A stretch of DNA of 62,957 bases, counting the filler, from Craspedostauros australis (taxonomy: Eukaryota), in NCBI GenBank assembly GCA_030167865.1. It is 13 parts of 13 records of this genome, joined end to end, with 100 filler letters (N's around TTAATTAATTAA, not from the genome) between each part and the next. Parts side by side here need not be neighbours in the genome. Positions count along the whole stretch, not along the records: positions 1 to 5,870 come from JALAGF010006625.1; positions 5,971 to 12,754 come from JALAGF010006626.1; positions 12,855 to 14,424 come from JALAGF010006627.1; 10 more parts are not named here. One strand, 5' to 3'. The notes under the pieces are model-generated. The model saw only the letters and a list, made by a program, of their open reading frames with translations. It was not told the origin of the DNA and searched no databases. Shown here piece by piece: positions 1 to 12,894 of the stretch. Numbering within the stretch: the stretch's first letter is position 1; the number at the start of each line of letters is the position of its first letter. The position numbers and the translations under genes are program-made.

Positions 1-2353
1 CCACTTCGCGTACATCACCCGTGTACTGCGAAAATACGTGCAAAGTGGCAAGGACATCAAGACCCCGTTCCAAGTCTTCCTCGCACTGAAAGCCGGCGAC
101 ATCGCAGGCACGACAACAGTACTTGTCAACGCGGCGCTCCTGGCAGGCAACATCACCACGCTGCCTGGTGCGCCAAAACGACGATTCCGCGCAAGTGGGC
201 AACAGGTACGCATGACTCACGAGGTGAAGTACGACGATGACCAGGCGCGGTTGGTGGCTGCATCTGGAATCACNGAAGATGTTGTGGTGAAGAGCACCGA
301 ATGGGGAGGGTGGATCATCAACNAGNTGGGNGTNNNCGATNNTNNNACNNNCANGTCCGACAAGCTGCCGATNACGTCCGAATCATTCAGGAAGACGGAC
401 AAGACGCGAAAACTCGGGCGCACAGCAGCAGAGAGCAAGGGGCTTGCGTTCGGCAAAGCCATCGCGGACGGACAACAACATCTACCATCCNNNNNNNNNN
501 NNNNNNNNNNNNNNNNNNNNNNNNNNNNNNNNNNNNNNNNCATTTTCACTTATCGGTTCATCGACATTGTGGTCGATGGAAGACCAACGCAAGACACACT
601 TCAAGTTGGTGGACTGCTGGAGATCGTGCAAAAAAAGGTCAAAGACATGCACCCATCCGTGACTGAAATCATCCTACAGAGCGATAACGCGTGTTGCTTT
701 GCCAGTCACGAGCACATCGCGCTCATCACATCGGTACTCAACAAGAACCTTGTGACACGAAACGCGGCCAAAATCATCGCATGGATCTACACAGAGGCCC
801 AAACCGGTAAGAGCATGCTGGACACCCACTTCGCGTACATCACCCGTGTACTGCGAAAATACGTGCAAAGTGGCAAGGACATCAAGACCCCTTTCCAAGT
901 CTTCCTCGCGCTCCAAGCCGGTAACATTGCAGGTACGACAACGGTACTTGTCAACGCAGAGGCCCTCGAAGGCAACATCATGACGTTGCCTGGTGCACCA
1001 AAACAACGATTCCGCGCATCTGGACAACAGGTACGCATGACTCACGAGGTGAAGTACGACGATGACCAGGCACGGTTGGTGGCTGCATCTGGAATCACGG
1101 AAGATGTTGTGGTGAAGAGCACCGAATGGGGAGGGTGGATCATCAACGAGTTGGGTGTCATCGATTGTAGAACGTTCACGTCCGACAAGCTGCCGATCAC
1201 GTCCGAATCATTCAGGAAGACGGACAAGACNCGAAAACTCGGGCGCACAGCAGCAGAGAGCAAGGGGCTTGCGTTCGGCAAAGCCATCGCGGACGGACAA
1301 CAACATCTACCATCCGATCACACCACAGCACTACAAGACCAGACCGCCGAAACTGAACACCCACCACTCGCNNNNNNNNNNNNNNNNNNNNNNNNNNNNN
1401 NNNNNNNNNNNNNNNNNNNNNCTTCGCGTACATCACCCGTGTACTGCGAAAATACGTGCAAAGTGGCAAGGACATCAAGACCCCGTTCCAAGTCTTCCTC
1501 GCGCTGAAAGCCGGTAACATCGCGGGTACGACAACGGTACTTGTCAACGCGGCGCTCCTGGCAGGTAACATCACGACGTTGCCTGGTGCACCAAAACGAC
1601 GATTCCGCGCAAGTGGACAACAGGTACGTATGACTCACGAGGTGAAGTACGACGATGACCAGGCGCGGTTGGTGGCTGCATCTGGAATCACGGAAGANNN
1701 NNNNNNNNNNNNNNNNNNNNNNNNNNNNNNNNNNNNNNNNNNNNNNNNNNNNNNNNNNNNNNNNNNNNNNNNNNNNNNNNNNNNNNNNNNNNNNNNNNNN
1801 NNNNNNNNNNNNNNNNNNNNNNNNNNNNNNNNNNNNNNNNNNNNNNNNNNNNNNNNNNNNNCAACACCTGCCACCTGATCACACCACCAAGTTGCGTGAT
1901 CAGACCGCGGACACAGAACACCCACCACTCGCGGTGCAAGGCTGGGCGAGCAAAACAACACGGACCAATGCCAAACTACCAGACTACATCGCAGCGAAAT
2001 TGAAGGGCATCAGTGAAGCGTCCGCGAAGGACTCGAAAAACAGACCATCCGAACATGAAGCACACGAACAATTGATGGACACCGAAAAAGCCAAAACTGA
2101 CTGGTACGTACAACTGCACGCTAACCCGATGCGTGTGAAAGCTTCGCTGTCAGCAGCGTACAACGCCAAACAACGCAAAGAAAAGAAGGAGGCTGCTCTC
2201 AGCAAGATGGATACCAGCACCAACACCAACCCAACAAGCAAAGCAACAACATCCATAATCGCGGCAACCTCCAATGCACCAGCTGCAACAGAGGAGGAGC
2301 AGAGAGAAGAGGAGTTGCAGAGAGAGGAAGAGGAATTGGACCATCAGAGGTGA
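1..2353 (+). CDS. Sola3-like DDE transposase, C-terminal part, fragmented and duplicated by assembly gaps
   Basis: Motifs IILQSDNACCFASHEH and YTEAQTGKSMLDTHFAY resemble the SDNA.CY and E.Q.GK..CD motifs of Sola3-type transposases. Clearly homologous to 50699-52360. Stop at 2351-2353. The same segment is present three times around N gaps. Confidence 0.7.
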
Positions 2354-4270
2354 TGTGATGCTCACACAATGAAGGCGAACAGAGAAAGTGAGGCTGTGTT
2401 GGATGATGAGACGAAAATTTTGTGATGGGGGTGCTTCGCCGCGATAACACGAGTTGTGGAGTTTTGTGGGTGATGGGTCGTGATACGTAGACTATCTAGA
2501 GCCCACCCCAAAACCATCCAAATATCTGCTTATCATGCTATATCTCAACAACACATCGTGTGCAATCAAATCTAAACAGTGCATTAATACACCTGACTAT
2601 CGTTTGGTCAGAAAATTGAAGTTAAATTGACATAGAAGTTATTTTAAGTTTCATGTTGGCCCACCACACAGTTGTGTGGTGGATTCGAAAAATTCTCGAT
2701 ACAGCAATGTTGCCCTCCACTCAGCACCCATGATCATCATCATCATGCTTGTATTTTGGCAAACTGCGCATCACAATGGCTCTGTATGCTCTCCATCTAT
2801 CCACCCCATGAAGGACAGAACGTTTCTGCCACATTGCATATCCAAATGTGTCCATACACTGAAAAAGAGCGATTTCGAAAACGATTTGCAAGCCGGTTGT
2901 GGCATGGATACAGATCCATACCTCATCCACATGACCCTTTCAGCCTCTCCACGTGCCCCTCGTGCATACCCACACTCCCTGGCGACACGCTGATGCATCC
3001 AGAGGGGGCTGGGCATGGATGGTCCCGATGGTACACCTCCATTTGGTGATGGCCCTGTTGGTTTTGGGTGGCCCACAAAAAATGACCTGTCGGCACTCAT
3101 TCCATGCCGCAGCCTCTTCCAGACCGTTGCAGCAGCCCAAACTTCGCGACGTGCATCTTTAGGTGATGGCGCACGGGACTTGTATGGGCGACTTGGAGAT
3201 TGGGCAGCTTGATGATGCTGCCCCCTCACTGCCAAAGTCACATGGCAGGTTCGCCGCGATCCGCCCAACAAAACTCTTGACCTCCACTGATTTCTCCGCG
3301 CGGATGCCTTCCTGGGCCTCCCCGAGCCTGAGACTTCGTGGGCGCGTTGGTGATGCCCTCCTGGATGCGCCTTGCTCATTCGTAGGTGTTGGTGTGCCCT
3401 ATGCATGGAGTACACAGGCTACATCCAACGAGCCAATTTGCCGCAATTTGGAGACGTTTGCGCGGAGGCCTGCGGCGGCCCCAAATCAACCGCTCTCGCA
3501 GCCTCCGCTCGTCCTCCCACCAAGGGTTGCATGGCGGTGACGGCGATGTGCTTGGATTTGTCGGTGGACCGCTGGTTGGTGCGGCGCCGAGGATGCCGTT
3601 GGACGGCCATTGTGGATTTTGTTTTTGTTTTCCACCCTCGTCATGTGGTTGTGTCGAGTTTTGCGCTCCCGACCGGCCTCACATCTTGGGGGGTGCGGGA
3701 ACAACCAACGATTGTACCGAATGTACGAAAGAAGCATCACACAAAACACTTCGAGAGTACCAATGCAACTCAACCATTCCGTTACGACGAAACGTAGCTG
3801 AGGATGATTCACATCGTGCTGTGATTGGTGTTTCATGACGCAGTAGCCAGGTCGGTGACGTAGATGACGGATCAGGCAAACATAGGGTAGAATGGATGTA
3901 AACGCGAACTTGCCGCTTCTCCCACAGATCTACAACTAGTGTTATCGTGGACGAGGGGCTGGATGGTCTGATCAGAACGCCTCAAAAGAAACTAAACAAT
4001 TCAAAATCGGAACAAACTTGCTGAAACGAAGAACAGCAAAGGGTTAAGTTGGATCGATGTAGTCGTAGCCAAAGGGCTGAAACCCGAAAGAGATCGGAAA
4101 ATATGAACATCCATCGGTCCATAAAACATAAAATAGGAGCAATAGCAGAACCAAAATGGATCAGTATATGTTTTAGATCTATGAGGATTACGAATATGCG
4201 CTTAGTTTTTAAATCGGAGGAAAAAAGTATGAAAGTTCATTTCAAACAGTTGGTCGACTCGCTCGAGGGG
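1..4270 (+). mobile_element. Sola3-like DNA transposon, 3' part with right terminus
   Basis: Transposase C-terminal part (1-2353), then about 1.9 kb, ending in GGTCGACTCGCTC (4252-4264) + GAGGGG. This matches the reverse complement of 50424-50500 and 60989-61070, which flank homologous transposases. Confidence 0.7.
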
Positions 4271-4527
4271 CTCCTATCTCATTATCACCTCTCTCTGCCT
4301 CTCTCTCTCTTGATTGCCCTCAGGAGTGGATCTCTTCACGATCAGAAGCAATGGTATCAACAACGACGCAGACACACATACCATACTCGTTATAATATTA
4401 TATTGCATAATCTAACAGTCGACAACAAGAACGGAAAGCAACAGTAGAACAACAGTGGAACAACAGGAGAGCGAAGGCAAAGGAAACGAACTGAAGCGAA
4501 GCGCGAACTGGAGCATACAAAAGTGCG

Positions 4528-5870
4528 ATGAATGCGACCGTTGGGTCATCAAAGATGTTGCCACTTCATTTGGAGGCACAGCTTCGGAAGGAACAAGAGC
4601 AGCAACAGCAGCAACAGCAACATGGCGTTGGAATGGACGAGGGACAACCATCGATGATGGAAGCAGGGGATTCCGCGGGCAATCCGCAGGATGTGATGGA
4701 TCAGCCATCCGCAGTTGCGGCCACCACGGCGAATGGCCCACTTGTACATTGTGAGCAGGGACTTGAGCAGCGTCTCAAACACAACGAGGTCCTTCGCCAC
4801 AAACTGGCCAAGCTGCGGCAGCAACGCGCGCAGTTGCAGTCACTGGAACATCAGCTGGACACGTCCTCTCAGCAGCTGCATCACCAACTTTACGTCCGGC
4901 AGCAGGAGCAGATGGAGACCTGCCAACGCTACCACAGCGTGGTCAAGCAGCTGCAGCAGCTCCATGGATTCCAGCAACGCGCAAAGATGTGGAACGTGCT
5001 CAACGATTGCTTTCCCATTTGGCATTCCGGTCCCTTTGGCACCATCAATGGCTACCGGTTGGGTCTGGAGGCACCTCCCATGCCTGCCATCATTCGTCAG
5101 GACTTTCACGGCGGATACGGTGGCGACGGCTTTCACAGCTCTGGTGGGACCATGATGACTGTCAGCAAGTCGATCGGCGGCGGTTCTCCAAACGCCAACG
5201 CAGATTCCAACGCGAGTGCAAGCGCAAGTGCAAGCGCAAGTGCAAGCAATTCATCTCAGTCGCACCCAAACCAGCCTCCGACACAGCCGCGCAGGTACCT
5301 CTTCTTCTCCTCTTCCTCCGCTTCGGTGGCACCGGAGCCTGCGACACGTGCGGCCATGGACTCGACGACATCGTCTGCATCGACATCCATGTCACCCTTC
5401 TCGATGTTGCAGGGAGGCAACTCGTCGGTGGCGCCCATCAAAACTGTGCCGCAGCTCACCATGGTCACCATATCTTGGAACGAGATCAACGCGGCGCTGG
5501 GACAGGTCGTCTTCCTGCTGCAGATCCTGCAGGAGCGATCCACCATCCGCTACATGCACGACCTGCACCCCATGGGCAGCACCAGCAGGATCGGCATCCG
5601 GTTCCAATCCAACGCCCAGAAGCCATCCGTTTACAACCTCTATTACCAGGACACCTCCTTCTCTCTCTTCGGCAGACGCAACTTCAATATCGCGCTGCAC
5701 GCCATGATGCAATGCATCCACGACGCCGCCAGCGTCATCCATCAACGCGATCGCACCATCATACTGCCGCACTCCGTGCAGAAGGCACCCAGCAACGAAT
5801 TCCGCGTTGGTGGGTTGTCCGTATCCTACACCGGAAGCAACGGTGTGGAATGGACCCGCGTCATGAAGTA
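4528..5870 (+). CDS. ATG6: Autophagy protein Atg6/Vps30/Beclin-1, 3' partial
   Basis: Gln-rich coiled coil followed by BARA-domain motifs NVLNDCFPIWHSGPFGTINGYRLG, WNEINAALGQVVFLL, FNIALHAMMQCI and EWTRVMK. Truncated by the scaffold end. Confidence 0.93.
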
Positions 5871-5970
5871 NNNNNNNNNNNNNNNNNNNNNNNNNNNNNN
5901 NNNNNNNNNNNNNNTTAATTAATTAANNNNNNNNNNNNNNNNNNNNNNNNNNNNNNNNNNNNNNNNNNNN
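5871..5970. other. Artificial scaffold-joining spacer (first of 12)
   Basis: N44-TTAATTAATTAA-N44, which has stops in all six frames. The core recurs at 5915, 12799, 14469, 17265, 20716, 28118, 30342, 38727, 43506, 47173, 54410 and 58514. Confidence 0.98.
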
Positions 5971-7353
5971 GGTCAAGATGAAGTCATGCATCATCGCTCT
6001 TCCGGGCAGCGTGATGCATACTCTTGGGTCGCTGTCGTCAGCGGCGTTGTCGTCAGCGGCGTTGTCGTCTGCTGCCTTTGGTTGGTAGGTGTCGGTATCG
6101 TACTCGTAGAGATGAATCTTGTTCTCATCCTTGCCCATGCCGGGCAGAGTGGTGCCGAATGTGACGTACGTGTTCTTGATGGGATCGTAGCGGTAGTGAG
6201 CGGAGATGCTGTCATCCTTGTTCAACATGCCACCCATATCGACCTCATCCTCTTGCTTCATGTCGAGTGTGACAGGATCGAGAGCGTATGGCTTGCCTCC
6301 TTCCCACAACGCGTAGAGAGTGTTGGTTCCGGGTGCGAGGACGCAGTTGGTGTTGGCCACGTTGGCGATGTCCATGTTGCCGATGTTGGCGAGGAAGCCG
6401 CCGCTCTTCTGAGTTCCGAAGAGGCCGCGCATGCTGACAGTGCCAGTGCGCTGATCTTGGTTGAACTTCTGAGTCTTGACAAACTTGTTGCGGAATGTGA
6501 TGCGAGACTGTTGGTGGACAGCCTGTGTCTGCTCCTCGTTGGTGTCATCACCGTTGCTGCTGTTGCTGTTGGTTTTGTCGAATGTGACACCCATGATCAT
6601 GCCATCACCATCGAATGGATGAGCCACACGCTGTCCATCAGCGGCGGAAAATCGACCGGCACCATTACGGAACCATGTGCCTGATGGGAAGTCTTCTGGG
6701 AGATCGGCGGAGAGAGCGGCTTCGAGTGATGCCGCATCCTGATCAGCAGCGGCCTTGTTGGTCGAAAGCCATGACTTGCTGGATCCAGGCAGAGTGATCT
6801 TCGATGGATCGAAGAGGTGGGGAACGAGGTACTCATCCATCCATGATTTGGTGGAGTACCTCAACGCTCCCAGTGATTCCAGGGTTGGAGGTTGGAAGGT
6901 TCGTGGGAACAGCTGCTTGGCCATGGCTTGGACCATGGATGTCATCATGTTCCCGATGATGGCATGGATATCGAATTCGCTTGACTTGTCGGATCGTGAG
7001 TGTAGGTCTGAATTGTCCGTGCCATCACTGTTGGGAGAAGCGACGAATTGGAGCGTGGTTGGTGTCGCAGTTTCTTGGCCGTTGACGAAGGAGTGTCGCC
7101 ATGCCGCCATGTCGCAGCCAACCTCGTTGATCTCAGGTCGGTGGTTGAGGATGTTTGGAAGCTGCGATGCGTGGACGGCGGTTGCTGACTGTTGTTGCTC
7201 TGTGCCTGTGAATATCGATGGCATGGCCTCCATTGCTGTGTTCCCGTTGGCCCGAATTGGCATTCTCTGCGGGGTGCTGACTTGGAAAGCTGTACCAGTG
7301 GCAGCAAACACAAGGAGGAGCGCAAGTGATAATAGCGTTTGCGAGGTCATCAT
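5971..7353 (-). CDS. Carotenoid cleavage oxygenase (RPE65/CCD family), likely plastid-targeted, 3' partial
   Basis: Motifs GTWFRNGAG, HPFDGDGMI, FRNKFVKT, NVANTN, ALWEGGKPYALDPVTL, SAHYRYDP and MMHDFILT (two Fe-ligand His). Signal peptide ends TGTA|FQ, similar to the ASAF-type plastid motif. Confidence 0.92.
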
Positions 7354-9576
7354 GATTACCTTGTGATATTATAGGAGAAAAGCTGTTGTTAGCTGTGTGT
7401 GTGATGCAATCCAGCACTGGTTGTGGCGATTTGCTTTGGTTGGTGTGGGTGTGGGTGTGGGTGTTTGTCTTGTGTTGGTGATGATTTTATGAGAGGAGGA
7501 TGACATGAAATGTTGTGAAATGGTCTGGAATGTTGGTGATGATTGTTCTTGTTGGCTCGTGTTTGAGCCACACGATTTTCGTGTTGAAACTGGTGGCGAT
7601 ACGGTGTCTGTGTTTTTACCTTGTATTGTCGTACATTGCATACGTTGCCAGTGGTCTGTGACTGCCCTGAAATGCGCGGTTGAAACCGTTTGGGAAAATT
7701 GCTACTTTGTGAGCTACAGTTGTTCGAAGGGAGCATTGGATTTGTACGATCGTCCGCATGTGAATGATGTTTAAGTTCGCGAACGCGATGCGGAGACCTT
7801 TTACACCCGTCAGTTGGCCGTGTAAACCGCGCGCGGCAAGTGGTTGTTGCGAGCATCTTGTGTTGTGAGTGTTCGACGCGTCTGCTCTTTGTTGTTCCTG
7901 TTGAATGAACGAAGTTGTCCATTGGTTGTGTTGTGCTGGGAGCTAACCTCTCGTTCGCTCATGTCCACTTTCGCTTCGCCTGGCATGTCTGGAGCAGTCC
8001 CTTCAACGGTGTTTGTGATGATGAGATCTATCGTCAAGCCTTGTTTCTGGCGCTTTTACCGAGATGGTGATAGGGGGTCATAGTCATAGTCGTAGTTGGA
8101 ACGCCGCACGATCACAACGGCCCGCCAAGACCAAACCATCATTCGCCGCTATTTCCAATTATATCTCTCACGATCTTCCTTCTCCTTTTGACGCCTATTG
8201 ATATTTTTTGATCAAACGAATAGAATCGCGTGTTTCGATGCCACGCGATACACCTATCGTGCTTCCACTTCCCTCACATTTTGCGCACCATGCCGATCGG
8301 CGTGTCCAGAACCACGGCCGTCCCGAGATCGGCTGGATTCGATAGCGACGATTGGCCGTTGGACTTCGCACGTAAGGTTCCGCGTGATCTACGGATGTTT
8401 GGATGTTGAGATGTCGAGATGTCGAGATGTTGAGATGTTTGGATGTTTGGTTTCCGAAAGAAAGTAGGCAGTTCTGAGGCGTACGCGTGCAGGAGATTGG
8501 AAAGAAAGAACAGATGCCCATCAGAATTTGCAACGCATCTCCAAAGCGGCCATTCGGCCCAGAAAGAATAACCCGTCCTCGGCAGGAAGTTGATCCAGGC
8601 GCTTCATTTGTATTTGTTTGGTGCCACGAGCTGGCTCTTACTTCCCACGACATGCCAGATGTTTATACGAAAGGCACGTAACAACTCATCACACTCAGAC
8701 CATGTACATCAACAACTATTTGCGCGCCTCACATGCCATACTTGTCGACCAGATTAGAGACGTGGATCAGAACGATTGTGAAGGCCTCACCATGGTATAC
8801 TTGGAAAGAGGAAGCATCACTCGGTGAGATCGTAATTCTACGGACTTCAAGGTCGTAGTAGTTCTGATGCATGCGTCGATCAAATGGCATTGCAAATATT
8901 CGATCACAACGCACTTCCTCCTGGTACCATATGTAATACTACATATTATACTTGAGGAGTCGCGGTAGCTGTCGGTGACGTTGGCTTGTGACGCTCATGT
9001 CGCATACTTTCGAGCGTATGCATTGCTCCAATGCTTCTTGTTGAGAGTCTTGTGGTTCGCATCAATGCCATCCCGCAACCACAAGGCACGATTCATCAAT
9101 GTCACGCTGTAGCGCCAGCTATTGTCGAAGAAGGAGTGATGGATCCGACTGAGCAAACAGACTGTGCGTGTTTCTCTTTGGGCGGATGATGACACCTCGG
9201 ATGATTCTGGAAAGAATGAGTCCCTGCCAAATCGTCAGATGCCGCCAGCCAGACGGAAGAAGCCTCGTGTCTTGAGCTCGAGCGTTGAATGGCGTTGTGG
9301 ATGGCGCGAATTATCCAAGAACCACACAGTGTAATATACCTATTGTTGCATATTTGACGCATCTTCCAATACACGACTAGTCTATCAACTCAGCAAAGAC
9401 CTTGACATCTACTCTCTCCGTCTTTCGGTCTCTCAGCCTCTCTGGCTCACCAGACAACAAGAGGCCGAAAAACAGGGTAGTTCGTGGAGTCTATTGCATC
9501 AACGTTCATATCTTTAGTCCGCTCTGCCTCCTGCGTTGCTTGTTAATCGTATTCCGCCGCTGTCGAGGGATTACAA

Positions 9577-10873
9577 TCAGTCAAAGTTCGCCTCAAAGTC
9601 TTCCAACTCTGGAAACCCAACTGCTTCGCGGACGTCTGCAAAGCTGGCAATGTTGCATGTGTCGAGGCTTGCGGGATGACCCTCGTTTTCGCAGCTCGCC
9701 ATTGTACGGATGGTCGAGCTCAGTTCCATCAAGGCCTTCACAGTCGCTTGGAGCGCCGTCACGCCATGCAACGCAATGTCATAGCCAAGATCCCGAATCT
9801 CCTCACTGGAATATATCGATCTGTCTCCAGCTTCTTGCTGAACCTGAGCGATCATCGTCACCGTTGTCTTGTCGGCCAGCGATTGCTGCAGGTCTTTGTA
9901 CTCTTGTTTGGACTGCAGTGCCTCCGCGTACACAATATCTGTGCACAAAGCGCACCACATGAATAGAAGAGCAGAGAAGTAAAACAAAGAAAGTTGCCAT
10001 CAGGAGGGGCGTTGAGCATGTATCATACATCTACATGTGCCTGTGCCTGTGCTGGTGTATCACCGCACAGTCTGCCACACGTGGATAGAAAATCGTGATA
10101 CCAAGAAACCGAATGGAGTTGCGTGCAACAATCAATTCTGTTGCAGGGGATTGGCGTTTTGGCGACAGCCATACAAACCTACCTGCGCCCATCTCTTCAA
10201 ACGCTTGGCATCGATGGATTGCTTCATCGACCCCCAATGCCCTTCGGCAGTCTGTCCGCGCAATCAGGAGTATCCTGTTTCCGTCCTTCTCCCACGCCTC
10301 CGTCTTCGCATGGAGGGCCACCTTGATACGCTTGATGGCATCCTCGCGAGGTAGAACATTGACGGATGCCCCAGCTGCGTACGTGCACCGTTTGGGAAAG
10401 ATCTGATCCTCGATCGACACTGCCGCTGCGCCGATAGATGCCAAGCTTCGAATTGTATGTCGCACGTTCGATGCACCGCCGTACCCCGTATCTCCGTCAA
10501 CCAGGATGGGGATACCCTCGGTGCATTGGATGCAGCTGCGTGCCGCGTCCTGCATTTCGGTCAGTGTTATGATCCCAGCATCCGGCATGCCCAACCGGCT
10601 TGCGGAAACGCCGAATCCGCTGACGAAGAGCGCCTTGGCGTTGCCCTGCTGTTGCAGGATCTTGGAGGACAGCGCATCGTATACTCCAGGCACCAGCAAT
10701 ACCCGATGTTGGGCTCGTACTTCGTCGATGATGGAAAGCAGTTTAGCTGCAGAAGATCCGCCGTTGGTGGATGACAACGCAACCACGGTGGTCGGGATCA
10801 TCACAACAATGGAGAAAATGAGGAAGACGACGACGACGAAGGGGAGGAGGCTGATTGGATGGAATCGCATCAT
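9577..10873 (-). CDS. Isocitrate lyase/PEP mutase superfamily enzyme (methylisocitrate lyase/CPEP mutase-like), two exons 10873-10183 and 9938-9577
   Basis: Motifs PGVYDALS, SGFGVSASRLGMPDAG, DGDTGYGG, IEDQIFPKRC and ARTD. A GT..AG intron at 10182-9939 (244 nt) restores EEMGA-D-IVYAE in frame. Hydrophobic N-terminal signal peptide. Confidence 0.9.
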
Positions 10874-11635
10874 GATCGTCGGAATCAATGAGAAATGATA
10901 TCCCTCTCCCTCTCTCTGTCTCGCTTTGCCCACACTGGCTATGCTGACTTGAGAAGTGCGACAGGTGGCATGCGTTGCGTTGTGTATGTTGTTATATGTT
11001 CTATTGCATTTGTTGGCAGCCAAGAAGCAGCTCTCGTAGATTTGACCCGAGGCAGAGGTGGTCTGATTCGTCGTCGTCGTCGTCGTCGCCGCCGCCGTTG
11101 TTGATGCTGCTGTGGCTGTCGTATTTGTTCTTGATGTTGTTGTGAAGGTACGCGCGGCTACAAACGGGCGTTTGATTGGACAAAAAGGTATCTTTCACAT
11201 CACAATCTGGCTCTCATCAAAGGCACAGAAACTGCCTTTCCCAAAGCACGTCATCACAATCGCCACACGGATCCAAACGCAAATCCAACTCCGCCCTGCA
11301 AATCCAAACACAAATGGAAATGCAAAATGCAGGATACCCTCCTCGCTGTGCAGATCACAAATGAGATCCGCCACTTGCATTGACACACGACGAGCACTTC
11401 CAACCACCAAGAGCCAACACGCAAATATACCATCAGTGCGGCATGGTACCATACCATAGTGTGAGCATGATTTGACGGCGGAACGCTGTGCGGTGCTGTT
11501 CTGCGACTGCCGCAGCACCTGGCACTATACGTACTCGTACCATGCCATCTGGGTCACCTGACGCTTGAAACGAAATTCCAACCCCAATAATCGCTGCAGC
11601 ACCCTGGAATAACACCACGATATGTACTACATATG

Positions 11636-12754
11636 TTACAATGTCATGCAGGCGTCCGCGTTGTCGACCGGGCAGTTCATGTTGTCGGCGACAATGAACG
11701 TCTCACCGGTCGTACAAAAGGCACCAGCTGCGCAGTTGGCACAGCCCGAAGGGCAGACATTGTTGCCGAGCTCAAGATCCACGAAGAAATCGTCCGAGAA
11801 GCCAAGGTCGTTGCAAGCATCTACGCTTGTGCATGTGTAGTCGCCAACGACGACGCTTCCCGTGGTCTTGGTCGTGTCGCCTGAATGCATGAGGTAACAC
11901 GCTCTGTCGGCATCGCAGGATTGCTGCCCGATGTAGACCGTGTCGTATGGTGTGGGTTGACCTGGGAAGCGGTAGGCCAAGTACTCGCAGGAGCTCAAGC
12001 CAGTGCAAGATTGCTCCAAGACATCAAAGGACCCCAGCTGATTGGTACCTGCATTGAAACAGGAGTTATCCCCTGTGCACGACCCTGGAGATATGATGGT
12101 CGTCGTGGTTGCAACGGAGTGAAGGTTCTGGCAGCTGGCCGAACCGATGCAGCTGCCCTGCATGATGATTGCCTCGCCTCCGAGGTTGTTGCAGGCATTT
12201 GCTCCGTTGCAAGAGGTATCCGCAATGACATTGATGCCGGTCCAAACGCAATCGGTTGGATTCGCGCAGCACGCAGCACCATCTGCGGCGCACTGGGCAG
12301 TCACTTCCGCGCCGGTTCCTGTGTAGAACGTACCGGTGTGCGCACCGGCTGCTACGAAGTTGCGGAGCAGCCCGGTGTTGATGAATATCTCGTTAAACGT
12401 GGTTGCTCCATCCGTCTGGCAAGCGAAGAAGTTTTGCAGACCCACTTGAGCCGAGGTTGCGGCAACGAGACTGTCACAACCCGCATCTCCGCCGCAGTTG
12501 ATGCCGCTGAAGAATGCGGTTCTTCCGCAAAGCTCGGTGGGAGCGGATGTCGGATCTTCGGATGGCGCGGTGCTCGGTATGGTGCTCGGAATCTCAGAGG
12601 GACTCACGCTTGGTATGGCGCTAGGTTGAGGACCAGAAATCGTTGGCACCGAGCTGATGGATGGAACTGCCGAGGGGGACAGGCTCGGCGTTGAACTTGG
12701 GCTGGCCGATGGCATGGTGCTAGGGCTTGAGCTTGGGGAGCTGCTGGGGGTACC
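11636..12754 (-). CDS. Cys-rich putative cell-surface/secreted protein with PS-repeat stalk, 5' partial
   Basis: PSxxPS repeats followed by repeated SCxGxxSC/AC units (SCNGANAC, SCIGSASC, SCTGDNSC, SCTGLSSC, SCDADRAC, TCTSVDAC). Confidence 0.75.
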   Translation of the reverse strand, partial: GTPSSSPSSSPSTMPSASPSSTPSLSPSAVPSISSVPTISGPQPSAIPSVSPSEIPSTIPSTAPSEDPTSAPTELCGRTAFFSGINCGGDAGCDSLVAATSAQVGLQNFFACQTDGATTFNEIFINTGLLRNFVAAGAHTGTFYTGTGAEVTAQCAADGAACCANPTDCVWTGINVIADTSCNGANACNNLGGEAIIMQGSCIGSASCQNLHSVATTTTIISPGSCTGDNSCFNAGTNQLGSFDVLEQSCTGLSSCEYLAYRFPGQPTPYDTVYIGQQSCDADRACYLMHSGDTTKTTGSVVVGDYTCTSVDACNDLGFSDDFFVDLELGNNVCPSGCANCAAGAFCTTGETFIVADNMNCPVDNADACMTL

Positions 12755-12894
12755 NNNNNNNNNNNNNNNNNNNNNNNNNNNNNNNNNNNNNNNNNNNNTT
12801 AATTAATTAANNNNNNNNNNNNNNNNNNNNNNNNNNNNNNNNNNNNNNNNNNNNCCGCTCAAACTCTGAGCAGTCGGTCATTTGATTAACTCGA

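Noticed and set aside
1..1697. Triple internal tandem repeat in the transposase
   Set aside because: Each copy is bounded by N gaps and differs by a few substitutions, so these are most likely collapsed paralogues or haplotypes placed in tandem.
5915..5926. TTAATTAATTAA as piggyBac/Sola TTAA target sites or a regulatory motif
   Set aside because: Always centred in an exact 100-nt N spacer, so it is a synthetic linker.
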